Shown here: positions 29,385-38,430 of the stretch, one piece after another
How the letters are laid out: each line of letters begins with the position of its first letter
Numbering within the stretch: the stretch's first letter is position 1
Assembly (NCBI GenBank): GCA_963711835.1
Contig: CAVQFQ010000021.1
Span: 192,001 to 256,000, forward strand
Length of the DNA: 64,000 bases
Source: an uncultured delta proteobacterium
Lineage (GTDB): Bacteria; Desulfobacterota; RBG-13-43-22
Direction of reading: 5' to 3'
The notes under the pieces: model-generated
Told to the model about the DNA's origin: nothing
What the model saw: only the letters and a program-made list of their open reading frames with translations
The model's database searches: none
Program-made: the position numbers and the translations under genes

Positions 29385-30386
29385 TCAATTCTTTTGCTTT
29401 TTTTTCTCCAAGGCTTCATAGGCCTCGATGATTTCCTGAACCAAAGGATGGCGGATGACATCCCTTTTGGAGAAAGTTACAAAAGCAATCCCTTCGACCC
29501 CTTGCAGCAGCCCCTGGGCCTCGACCAATCCGGAAGTCTTACCCTCGGGCAGATCGATCTGGGTAATATCCCCGGTAATGACGGCCTTGGAGCTGAATCC
29601 CAGTCGGGTCAGAAACATCTTCATCTGTTCCGTGGTGGTATTCTGGGCTTCATCCAGAATGACGAAGGAATCGTTCAGCGTGCGGCCTCTCATAAAGGCC
29701 AAGGGTGCCACCTCGATAACCCCGCGCTGAACCAGTTTAGAGGCCTTTTCAAAATTCATCATATCATAAAGGGCATCGTATAAGGGGCGAAGATAGGGAT
29801 TGACCTTTTCGTAGAGATCGCCGGGAAGAAACCCCAGTTTCTCCCCCGCTTCCACGGCCGGCCTGGCCAGGACAATCCGGATCACCTCGTTCTTCATCAG
29901 GGCCGCAATAGCCATGGACATGGCCAAGTAGGTTTTTCCGGTACCGGCCGGCCCGATTCCAAAAACAATATCAAAGTTTCGGATGGCTTCGATGTAATCC
30001 TTCTGGGTCTGAGTCTTGGGCGTGATAATCCGTTTCTGGGAGGTCACAAAAACCGCGTCCAGGAAGACATCCTGGAGACCGGCCTCTCCATTTTCCCGGA
30101 GAAAGCGGATGGCATAATCAATATCGTTGCCGTAAAGCGGATAGCCTTTTTCCAAGAGACGATAGAGTTCGGAAAACAACCTCCGAGCCAGCACCACATC
30201 GGGTTGGTCCCCGCGGATCTGAAGGGCATTGCCTTTGGTGGAAAGACGGAGCCCCAGCCGCTGCTCAATTAATTTAATGTGTTGATTATGTTCCCCGAAC
30301 AGAGTCTGAGCCAGTTGGTTGTTTTCAAAGCTCAGTCTTTCCACAGCCTCGGAATCTCCGATTTCAAAAGTCAACGGCTTTCCCAT
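29385..30386 (-). CDS. phoH: PhoH family ATPase
   Basis: GPAGTGKT, RPAVEAGEKLGFLPGD, MRGRTL, DEAQN. Confidence 0.95.
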   Translation of the reverse strand: MGKPLTFEIGDSEAVERLSFENNQLAQTLFGEHNQHIKLIEQRLGLRLSTKGNALQIRGDQPDVVLARRLFSELYRLLEKGYPLYGNDIDYAIRFLRENGEAGLQDVFLDAVFVTSQKRIITPKTQTQKDYIEAIRNFDIVFGIGPAGTGKTYLAMSMAIAALMKNEVIRIVLARPAVEAGEKLGFLPGDLYEKVNPYLRPLYDALYDMMNFEKASKLVQRGVIEVAPLAFMRGRTLNDSFVILDEAQNTTTEQMKMFLTRLGFSSKAVITGDITQIDLPEGKTSGLVEAQGLLQGVEGIAFVTFSKRDVIRHPLVQEIIEAYEALEKKKQKN

Positions 30387-30736
30387 CCCTTAAGTTTCAG
30401 ATGATCCTAATCAAACCTCCCCAGGAAGGAAGGCCTCATACCCACCGGCCTGATCTGACTGAAAACCGGGGGGCTTTAGGTTAATGATCTGTATTATAGC
30501 ATATTTTTTTTAATCCATATTATTTTTAACCCCTTCGAGCCGACCCGCGGCCGGATCCGGGGGAAGCCCGCCTACTAAAATCCTTGACTAATCGCCTTCC
30601 CTTTGTTACCAGAATAGAAGGGTCCCTTTCATTTGATTTCATCCCGGCGTGCCGAGGACCGGGGGCCCTTGCTTGTTGGGCAAATTCTTAGGGGTTACGA
30701 GGGCACTTCCTCGACAAGAGGATCCGGAAAGGGGTT

Positions 30737-31318
30737 TTGATGAATTTGTTTGATATCGGCATCCTGCTGGTCATGGCCCTTTTTACCGTACGCGGTTTCG
30801 TCCGGGGGATTATTCAGGAGGCGGCCACACTGATCGGCGTCATTGTAAGCTTTTTTTTGGCCGCCTTCTATTACAGTCAGGCCGCCCGTCTTCTGGCCTC
30901 CACCTTTCCCAATCACCATATTTTGCTGTCTTTCTTTTGCTTTGTCTTCCTCTTTGGCTTTTGCTGGCTGCTGTTTCATTTTCTGGGGATCATGGCCAAA
31001 AAGATGGTCCGTTTGACTCTCCTGGGCTGGGTCGACCGGGGCTTTGGCGGGGTTTTCGGCCTCCTCAAGGGGGCTATTATCATCTTTATCCTGGTCTCTC
31101 TTTTGACCTTTTTTATGCCCAAGAGCAAAACCATTGTCGGCAACTCCCGCTTATATCCCCAGGTCCTGGCCATTAACCAGAAGCTTACCCTCCTAATCCC
31201 CTCCCGGGTATCGGAAGATTATTTTGCCAGGAAAAGGGAACTGCGGGAATACTGGGAAGCCAAGGAACAAAATATTCGAAAATTACAGCGACTCCCCCTG
31301 AATGACAAATCCAAATAA
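30737..31318 (+). CDS. cvpA: CvpA (colicin V production) family membrane protein
   Basis: RGFVRGII, DRGFGGVFGLLKG. Confidence 0.88.
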   Translation: MMNLFDIGILLVMALFTVRGFVRGIIQEAATLIGVIVSFFLAAFYYSQAARLLASTFPNHHILLSFFCFVFLFGFCWLLFHFLGIMAKKMVRLTLLGWVDRGFGGVFGLLKGAIIIFILVSLLTFFMPKSKTIVGNSRLYPQVLAINQKLTLLIPSRVSEDYFARKRELREYWEAKEQNIRKLQRLPLNDKSK

Positions 31319-32084
31319 ATCCCCCGTAACCCTGGATGATCTCAGGGCCTTGATGGCCCGCTTGCGCAGTCCGGAAGGCTGTCCCTGGGATCGGAAGCAG
31401 GACCGACATAGTTTAAAAATATATCTCCTGGAAGAAGGCTATGAACTGGCCGAGGCCCTGGATCATGGGGACCCGGAGGAGGTTAAGGAAGAATTAGGGG
31501 ATCTGTTATTCCAAATCGTCTTTCTTTCAGGCTTGTATGAGGAACAGGGGGACTTTGATCTCCCCCAGGTCCTTCAAACCATTTATCAGAAGATGGTCCG
31601 CCGCCATCCCCACGTTTTCGGCGATCAGAGATGGAAAAACCCGGAAGAGGTCGTTCAAGGCTGGCAGGCCATTAAAGCCCAAGAAAAAGACCAGGCGGAT
31701 CCTTTCGTATCCGTTCCCGTGGCCCTGCCCTCTCTCTTAAAAGCCCACCGGATTTCCCAGAGAGCGGCCGGCCTTGGTTTTGATTGGCCTGATATAGCCG
31801 GGGTAATCGAAAAAGTTAAAGAGGAACTGGGAGAATTGGAAGAGGCTATACGGGATAACAACCTGCCGGCCGCCCAAGAAGAATTAGGGGATCTCCTTTT
31901 CACCGCGGTCAATCTGGGCAGGTTTTTAGGGATCCAGGCGGAAAATGCCTTGAGGCTGACCCTGCAGAAATTTTTAAAACGGTTTCGGGCCATGCTCTCC
32001 GACCCTCGTTTCCAAGACAAAAAATCCTCTCTTTCCCTTGAGGAATGGGAGGATTTGTGGAACCGCTCCAAGGAGGAAGGGTAA
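31302..32084 (+). CDS. mazG: Nucleoside triphosphate pyrophosphohydrolase
   Basis: GCPWDRKQ, EELGDLL x2, RRHPHVF, GFDW. Confidence 0.95.
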   Translation: MTNPNKSPVTLDDLRALMARLRSPEGCPWDRKQDRHSLKIYLLEEGYELAEALDHGDPEEVKEELGDLLFQIVFLSGLYEEQGDFDLPQVLQTIYQKMVRRHPHVFGDQRWKNPEEVVQGWQAIKAQEKDQADPFVSVPVALPSLLKAHRISQRAAGLGFDWPDIAGVIEKVKEELGELEEAIRDNNLPAAQEELGDLLFTAVNLGRFLGIQAENALRLTLQKFLKRFRAMLSDPRFQDKKSSLSLEEWEDLWNRSKEEG

Positions 32085-32179
32085 GAATTTTAAATCCACC
32101 AGATGAAAAGGTTGCTCAGTAAAGAGTCTGAAGGAAGAAAAAGTTCTTTCTAAATAACCCGTTGCACCACCAAAGACTC

Positions 32180-32380
32180 TCAGGGGTTGGTGTTGCCTTT
32201 ATCCTTCTCGATTTCCTTGGGGGAAGGGGGATTTTCATCTTCCTGGCCGCTGACGCTGCTCTTGAATTCCCGGATGCTTTTCCCCAGGCCCTTCCCGATT
32301 TCGGGCAGTTTTTTGGCCCCGAAAATAAACAGGGCGATACCCAGAATAATAATTAATTCTTGTGTTCCAAGACCAAACAT
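32180..32380 (-). CDS. tatA: Twin-arginine translocase TatA
   Basis: MFGLG..IFGAKKLPEIGKGLGKSIREFK. Confidence 0.95.
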   Translation of the reverse strand: MFGLGTQELIIILGIALFIFGAKKLPEIGKGLGKSIREFKSSVSGQEDENPPSPKEIEKDKGNTNP

Positions 32381-32422
32381 GGCGTTTCCTTACGGCAAGA
32401 GGTTAACAGCAGTCTTCTATTT

Positions 32423-32599
32423 TTAGTGTTGGGGATTTTCAAGGTCCTTTTTCGTCCGCAGGGATACCACCGTTAAGGTTACCCCCAGAACAACCAGGAC
32501 CAGGTAGGCCAGGCCGAGGAAAAAAGCATGGCCTAAATCCCAGGGTACCTCCCAGGGGATTATGCTCCAAATGCTGTGGGTGCTGAATGATCCGGTCAT
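32423..32599 (-). CDS. Small single-TM protein (58 aa), not in the ORF track
   Basis: Strong RBS GAGGAGGGG; MTGSFSTHSIWSIIPWEVPWDLGHAFFLGLAYLVLVVLGVTLTVVSLRTKKDLENPQH. Confidence 0.7.
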   Translation of the reverse strand: MTGSFSTHSIWSIIPWEVPWDLGHAFFLGLAYLVLVVLGVTLTVVSLRTKKDLENPQH

Positions 32600-32655
32600 G
32601 GACCCCTCCTCATCGCTGTTGATATGAGAGTATTTTTAACAGAAATTTACGGTCC

Positions 32656-32696
32656 TGTCAACTTTTTCTTGACAGAATTTCCGGGTTTGATTATAT
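32656..32696. promoter_or_regulatory. Back-to-back sigma70 -35 boxes (divergent promoter)
   Basis: TGTCAA-N7-TTGACA between the tatA operon and cytochrome c3, followed by TTATAT. Confidence 0.5.
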
Positions 32697-32794
32697 GAGG
32701 TACATTCGAGGGAATATCCGTTAGTCCCTTGTCCCTCGATTCACCTTTACCTAAGGATAATTAACGAGAAATTAAAGAGTTAAGGAGAAGGGAG

Positions 32795-33238
32795 GTGAAG
32801 AGAAGAATGAAAAAAAGCTTGGCTATTTTATCGATTTTAACGGCTTTTGTTTTTTCCTTGGGCATGATGGCCTGGGTCTATGCCGCCGATCAGAAGGCTG
32901 CCGACAGCTTTAAGATTGACAACGATAAAGCCCTTTTTAAGGACGGTAAGCGCACCAAACCGGCGGTGGAATATTCCCATAAGAAGCATGAAGTTGATTA
33001 TAAAATTGCCTGCACCGAATGCCACCATGTCTATAAGGATGGGAAAAACACCTGGAAAAAGACCGACAAAGTCCAGAAATGCAGCGAGTGCCACAAGGTT
33101 GCCGACCAGGGCAAAACCTTGAGCTTACAGAACTCTTTCCACAAGAACTGCAAGGACTGCCACACCAAGATGAAGACCGAAGGCAAGAAAACCGGGCCCA
33201 CCCTCTGCGCCCAGTGCCATCCGGTTGAGAAAAAGTAA
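32795..33238 (+). CDS. Tetraheme cytochrome c3
   Basis: Signal peptide; HKKH, CTECHH, CSECH, FHKNCKDCH, CAQCH. Confidence 0.93.
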   Translation: MKRRMKKSLAILSILTAFVFSLGMMAWVYAADQKAADSFKIDNDKALFKDGKRTKPAVEYSHKKHEVDYKIACTECHHVYKDGKNTWKKTDKVQKCSECHKVADQGKTLSLQNSFHKNCKDCHTKMKTEGKKTGPTLCAQCHPVEKK

Positions 33239-33256
33239 CCGAGGATAGTTAAGAGA

Positions 33257-33300
33257 ATAAAAAAGGCCTATTTGGCGCAATCCAAATAGGCCTTTTTTAT
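33257..33300. terminator. Bidirectional rho-independent terminator
   Basis: ATAAAAAAGGCCTATTTGG-N6-CCAAATAGGCCTTTTTTAT between convergent genes. Confidence 0.88.
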
Positions 33301-33411
33301 TCTCTTCCCGTTATAGGTGGTAAGAATAGCCCCTTAAACAATCATTCCCAGAAGGTTCTTCCCCTCGTCCGATTCGAGGTGGGATCTGGATATCGGGTTT
33401 GAGGATAGATC

Positions 33412-33597
33412 TTAAACTTCTTTTACGGTTATGGCCCCGGCCTCGCAGACCTCGATGCAGCTTTCACAGCCCAAACACTCATCCCCCCGGATGGGAACGG
33501 CCTTGCCGTCTTGGAGTTCATAGACATCAACGGGACAAACTTCAACACATTCTTCGTCGCCCACACATTTGTCGGGATCAACCTCTACCTGAAACAT
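33412..33597 (-). CDS. 2x[4Fe-4S]-type ferredoxin (first motif Cys->Asp variant)
   Basis: CVGDEECVEVCP and CLGCESCIEVCE. Confidence 0.92.
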   Translation of the reverse strand: MFQVEVDPDKCVGDEECVEVCPVDVYELQDGKAVPIRGDECLGCESCIEVCEAGAITVKEV

Positions 33598-33785
33598 AAA
33601 TTCATCTCTTCCTTCATTATAGGGTTTTAACTATGGGTTAGACCATCTGGTGGAGAACTATAAGCTATTGTCAAAAAAAGTGTCAAGCAAAAATGCCGGC
33701 CGACCTCCCCGGCCTCTCTTAATCGAAGAATCCGGGATCATAGGCCGCCGGGTCCGAATAGGACCGTTCCTTAACACATTGTTAT

Positions 33786-34083
33786 CGTTCAAAAGTTGTG
33801 GCATTATATTTGTGATACCCGATGGAAAGGGACCGGGGGTCTTGATTTCAAGGATTGTCCGCCGAAACGCCGGCAGCCTGACCCCGGGCAGGAAGTTTAT
33901 AATGGGGTTAAGAAACAGGCCAACACCAAAGCGATTTATCGGCTTGGGTGAATGCCCGGCTATTAACCAACTTAGAAATTCGGGCCGGGTTGGGGCTACG
34001 GATACCCTTTCGGGCAACCTTGGAATCAAGACCCCCGGTCCCCAAGTCAGTCAATAATACGCCAGTGCCATAACTTTTGAACG
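33786..34083 (-). mobile_element. MITE-like element copy 3: diverged ~214-nt core (33829-34042) inside different 18-bp terminal inverted repeats
   Basis: TIRs CGTTCAAAAGTTGTGGCA / TGCCATAACTTTTGAACG; core shares blocks with copies 1 and 2. Confidence 0.75.
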
Positions 34084-34854
34084 TTACCAAAACACTACTT
34101 GGGCTAAAGGGGCCGCTTCCAGTCCGGATTCTTGTAAGGCCTCTCTGATGGCCTTAGCCAGTTTCCAGGCCCCCGGCGTATCCCCATGGATACAAAAGGT
34201 ATCGGCTTTAAGGCTGATTTCCCGCCCCTCGATGGTTATTAGCCTGCCTGTTTTAAGAATACGGACGACCCTTTCTTTTACCTGTTCCACATCATGGATC
34301 AAGGCTCCGGCCATCGAGCGGGGCGCCAGCCGGCCATCATTTAAATAAGCCCGGTCCGGGAAGGCTTCCTGGGCTATCCTAACCCCGGAAGAGGCGGCCA
34401 TTTGGGCGCCCGGAGATCCGGAAAGCATCACCAGGATCAGCTCCGGATTAAAAATTCTGACCGCTTCAATCACTTCCCGGGCCGTTTTTTCATCCCGGGC
34501 CGCCAGATTATAAAGAGCCCCATGGGGTTTGACATGCTGCAAGATCATCCCGGAAGCCTTTGCGAAAGCATCCAGGGCCCCTATCTGGTATAAAAGGTAA
34601 TTTTTTACTTCACCGGGAAAGGTTTCCAGGTTCCGGCGTCCGTATCCGCAAAGATCCGGATAGCCGGGATGGGCACCCACGGCCACTCCGTGTTCCTTGG
34701 CCAGCTGAACCGTTTTGGCCATGATCATGGGATCACCGGCATGAAAGCCGCAGGCGATGTTGGCTGAGGTGACATACTCGATAATCTTCTCGTCCTCCCC
34801 GATCCGGTAAGAGCCGAAACTCTCTCCCATATCGCAATTGATATCTATCTTCAT
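34084..34854 (-). CDS. pxpA: 5-oxoprolinase subunit A (LamB/YcsF family)
   Basis: DINCDMGESFG, ANIACGFHAGDP, HVKPHGALYN, CIHGD. Confidence 0.93.
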   Translation of the reverse strand: MKIDINCDMGESFGSYRIGEDEKIIEYVTSANIACGFHAGDPMIMAKTVQLAKEHGVAVGAHPGYPDLCGYGRRNLETFPGEVKNYLLYQIGALDAFAKASGMILQHVKPHGALYNLAARDEKTAREVIEAVRIFNPELILVMLSGSPGAQMAASSGVRIAQEAFPDRAYLNDGRLAPRSMAGALIHDVEQVKERVVRILKTGRLITIEGREISLKADTFCIHGDTPGAWKLAKAIREALQESGLEAAPLAQVVFW

Positions 34855-35026
34855 CTCAGAACCCTCTTTAGATCGCGAAAGCGATTGCTGGTTTTGCCCG
34901 GAGAATAGCCTGCCCCGTAGGTATTAATACGGTGTCCTCCGGGCAAAAATAATGGTCCTCCGACGCCTGCCCCGCAAACGCAACTGACCGGGGTCCGTGT
35001 GGGTCGGTGGCAAAAAAATTTAGTTA

Positions 35027-35860
35027 TTATTCCTCTCCCCAAACCCTTCGACTGCGAATTATTTTCTTTTTTACCGTGGCCCAGGTTTTGGTGTTCAAGA
35101 AGGATTCCGGCCAGCGATTTATCATACGCTCGAACATCTCGAAGGGAACGGCAAAGGTGAGTTCGTCGGCCTTGAGAAATTTACGGTCCGAGGGGTCCCA
35201 GCCGCCCAGGACGGCCTTCAGTTTCCCCTGGGAAAGATAGCGCAACGGCCAGGTCACAATATTGGAGCATCCCGCCCCGAAAGGGGAAGAAACGGCCTCA
35301 AAGTCATTGGTTACGAAGGTGGCCAATTGGTTCAGCCCGCAGAGAATTTCACCCCGGGCAAAAAAGATCACTACCTCGGGCTGTTCATCCGGACTGAACC
35401 GGCTAATCCCCTTGAAGACACAATAGCGTTTCGGGGCCGGCCGTGGATCGATGGTCTCAAAGAATCGGCGGGTCACTTCAGCCGACTCCAGGTAGTGCTC
35501 CCCTTCCACCTGGTTGGGGATACCCGTTGAAACATAGTAGGTGATAAATTCCAACTGGGGTTTTAAAAAACCAAGATAAAAAGCCCCGCCCAGACAACCA
35601 AAGCGCTCCCGGTCAAAGGTTGCCGCCTGTTTCATCCGCCGGGCCCGCCAGATGTTCCCGATAACGCATGAGAATTGACCGAAGAGTTCTCCCCAGTTCA
35701 CCTCCCCCCGTGCTTCGGCCTCCGCCGTAGGCAACGATCCGGCCTTTGGTGAAAAGCCTCCCTGAGGGGCCTGGTCGGTATAGAACATACCAAACGGTTC
35801 TTCCGTTAATCCCAGGACTTCCAAAAAGCCGCTCAGACCTTCCTTAATCTTTTCTTCCAT
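35027..35860 (-). CDS. DUF169 family protein
   Basis: GCLGGAFYLG, PFGAGC, GGWDPSDR, ELTFAVP. Confidence 0.7.
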   Translation of the reverse strand: MEEKIKEGLSGFLEVLGLTEEPFGMFYTDQAPQGGFSPKAGSLPTAEAEARGEVNWGELFGQFSCVIGNIWRARRMKQAATFDRERFGCLGGAFYLGFLKPQLEFITYYVSTGIPNQVEGEHYLESAEVTRRFFETIDPRPAPKRYCVFKGISRFSPDEQPEVVIFFARGEILCGLNQLATFVTNDFEAVSSPFGAGCSNIVTWPLRYLSQGKLKAVLGGWDPSDRKFLKADELTFAVPFEMFERMINRWPESFLNTKTWATVKKKIIRSRRVWGEE

Positions 35861-36063
35861 AACTAGTCCTTTCTTCTTTGGATCCCCGGTTATTCCTGAG
35901 TTGGTTTTTTAAGGTCACTCGGTTTTCTTCCACCTGTAGAAGAAAACCGAGTGAACCAAAATTTAGAATAGACCGGGGGAGAAGTCAATCTATTGCGGCA
36001 GTTTCTTTTTATTTGACTTCCCCAAAGCAGGTTTTTAAGATGGCAAAAAAGAGGGAATTATTA

Positions 36064-36993
36064 ATGTCGAACAGGACCCAACAAAAACTTATGTCCCTTT
36101 CAGAAGCAATCGCCCGTTTTGTATCCCCGGGGAAATCCATCACCTTAGGGACCTCTCTGGAAGGGTTGATCCCTTTTGCGGCCGGGCATGAAATAATTCG
36201 CCAGGGCCTTCAGGACCTGACCCTGATCGGGCCTATTTCCGATGTGCTTTTCGACCAGCTCATCGGAGGAGGCTGCGTCTCCAAAATCCGAGCCGCTTGG
36301 GTTGGGAATGTCGCCACCGGCATCGGCTACCACTTCCGAAGGGCTGTGGAGCAGAGTCTCCCCCACCCCATTGAAGTGGAAAACCATTCCAACTTCTCCA
36401 TTGCCCTGGGGCTTCATGCCGGGGCCTTGGACGTCCCCTATTTGCCCTGCCGCAGTCTCTTGGGATCCGACATCATTCGAGACAACCCTCATTTTAAGGA
36501 GTCCCTCTGTCCTTTCAGCGGCGAAAAATTGCTGCTGGTGCAGGCCCTTTGTCCTGATCTGGCCATCGTCCATGTTCAAAGGGCCGATCCCCAGGGGAAT
36601 GCCCATCTCTGGGGCAACATGGGCGTAACGGTTGATGCGGCCAAGGCCAGCCGGGAGGTGATCGTCATCGCCGAAGAAATCGTCGATCCCGAAGTGATTC
36701 GGAGCGATCCCAATCGCACCGTTATCCCCGGATTTATCGTCTCAGCCGTGGTCGAAGAGCCTTGGGGCGCCCACCCCTCGGCCGTCCAGGGGTACTATGG
36801 GCATGATGACCCGGTTTATGTGGACTATGCTCAGCAGACGCGGACCCTCGCCGGGAGCCGGGAATGGTACCAAAAATGGGTCTACGGTGTGATGGACCGG
36901 AAGGACTATTTAAAACTGATTCCGCAAAAGCAGTTAAAGGGTCTTCAGGTCAAAAAATCCGCCCCCGCGGCCTTTACTGAATTCGGGTATTAA
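36064..36993 (+). CDS. Family I CoA-transferase subunit A (glutaconate CoA-transferase-like)
   Basis: KLMSLSEAI, PFAAGHEIIRQG, HVQRADPQGN, GAHPS. Confidence 0.85.
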   Translation: MSNRTQQKLMSLSEAIARFVSPGKSITLGTSLEGLIPFAAGHEIIRQGLQDLTLIGPISDVLFDQLIGGGCVSKIRAAWVGNVATGIGYHFRRAVEQSLPHPIEVENHSNFSIALGLHAGALDVPYLPCRSLLGSDIIRDNPHFKESLCPFSGEKLLLVQALCPDLAIVHVQRADPQGNAHLWGNMGVTVDAAKASREVIVIAEEIVDPEVIRSDPNRTVIPGFIVSAVVEEPWGAHPSAVQGYYGHDDPVYVDYAQQTRTLAGSREWYQKWVYGVMDRKDYLKLIPQKQLKGLQVKKSAPAAFTEFGY

Positions 36994-36999
36994 GGAACT

Positions 37000-38373
37000 A
37001 TGAAAAAGGAAGTCTATAAAGCCCTGGAAAAGATCGTCGGTCCCCAGCACATCTCCGATCGGGATACCGACCTCCAGTGCTACAGTTACGATGCCACCCA
37101 GATCAGCGTTCGCCCGGAGGCGGTGATCTTTCCCGAAGGCGCCTCGGAAATCAGCCGGATCATGGTCCTGGCCAACCGGCATCGTTTTCCGGTTGTCCCC
37201 CGCGGCGCCGGCTCGGGTTTCAGCGGCGGTTCGGTGCCGATTCAAGGAGGATTGGTGCTTGTCCTGCTGCGTCTCAACCGGATAAAAAAAATCGATACCA
37301 GTAATTTCCTGGCGGTGGTCGAACCCGGGGTCATCACTAAAGATTTCCAGCAGGCGGTTGAGGCCCTAAGGCTTTTCTACCCGCCCGATCCCTCCTCGCT
37401 GGCTTTTTCCAGCCTGGGGGGCAATGTGGCCGAGTGCGCCGGCGGAGGCCGGGCCGTCAAATACGGGGTAACCAGGGATTATGTGCTCGGGCTGGAAGTA
37501 GTCTTGCCGACCGGTGAGATAATCAAGACCGGGGTCCGGACCGCCAAAGGTGTGGTGGGCTATGATCTGACGCGGTTGTTGATCGGCTCGGAAGGCACCC
37601 TGGGGGTGATCACTGAAATCACGGTTAAGCTCCTGCCCAAGCCTGAATCTACAAAAACCATCCTGGCCTTTTTTGACCGGCTGGCCCTGGCCACCCAGGC
37701 CGTAGTTGAACTCTTTCAATCCGGTGTCCTGCCCTCCATCCTCGAATTGATGGACCAGCCCTCCATCAAGGTCGTTGAGGAATATCTTCATCTCGGATTG
37801 CCCACCAAAGCCCAAGCGCTTCTTTTGATAGAGATAGACGGCCAAGAAGAATCCATTTCCAGCCAGGCCAAATCCATTCAACAAACCCTGGAACGACTGG
37901 AAGCCACAGGGTTCCGAATGGCCTCTTCGGCCCAAGAGGCGGATGAGTTGTGGAAAGCCCGCCGGGCCATCTCACCGGCCCTCTTTCGTCTCAAACCCAA
38001 CAAGATCAATGAAGACATCGTCGTGCCCCGGGATAAGATCCCGGAGGCCATTGAGCGGTTTCAAGAAATCGGTTCCCGTCTGGGATTGTTGATCGTCAGT
38101 TTCGGCCATGCCGGGGACGGCAACATCCATGTCAATGTCATGTACGACGCCGAAAATCCGGAGGAGGACGCCAAGGCCAAAACCGCTGTCGATGAAATCT
38201 TCAGGACGGTTATGGCCCTGGGTGGGACCCTCTCCGGTGAACACGGCGTCGGTTTGACCAAAGCGCCCTATCTTTCGATGGAATTGGATCCGGTTTCCAT
38301 AGCCCTGATGAAAAAGATCAAATCCCTCTTTGATCCCAACAATATATTGAATCCCGGCAAGATCTTCGTTTGA
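37000..38373 (+). CDS. FAD-linked 2-hydroxyacid oxidase/dehydrogenase (GlcD-like)
   Basis: PRGAGSG, YPPDP, GGNVAE, FGHAGDGNIH, LSGEHGVG, ILNPGK. Confidence 0.9.
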   Translation: MKKEVYKALEKIVGPQHISDRDTDLQCYSYDATQISVRPEAVIFPEGASEISRIMVLANRHRFPVVPRGAGSGFSGGSVPIQGGLVLVLLRLNRIKKIDTSNFLAVVEPGVITKDFQQAVEALRLFYPPDPSSLAFSSLGGNVAECAGGGRAVKYGVTRDYVLGLEVVLPTGEIIKTGVRTAKGVVGYDLTRLLIGSEGTLGVITEITVKLLPKPESTKTILAFFDRLALATQAVVELFQSGVLPSILELMDQPSIKVVEEYLHLGLPTKAQALLLIEIDGQEESISSQAKSIQQTLERLEATGFRMASSAQEADELWKARRAISPALFRLKPNKINEDIVVPRDKIPEAIERFQEIGSRLGLLIVSFGHAGDGNIHVNVMYDAENPEEDAKAKTAVDEIFRTVMALGGTLSGEHGVGLTKAPYLSMELDPVSIALMKKIKSLFDPNNILNPGKIFV

Positions 38374-38430
38374 TATATCAGTCGGCCTTCGTGGCGGCCT
38401 TAGGGCCAGCAAAAGGAAGAGGTTAATGAT

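Noticed and set aside
33650-34057. Overlapping 135-aa and 123-aa ORFs
   Set aside because: No recognisable motifs; they are by-products of the palindromic non-coding element.
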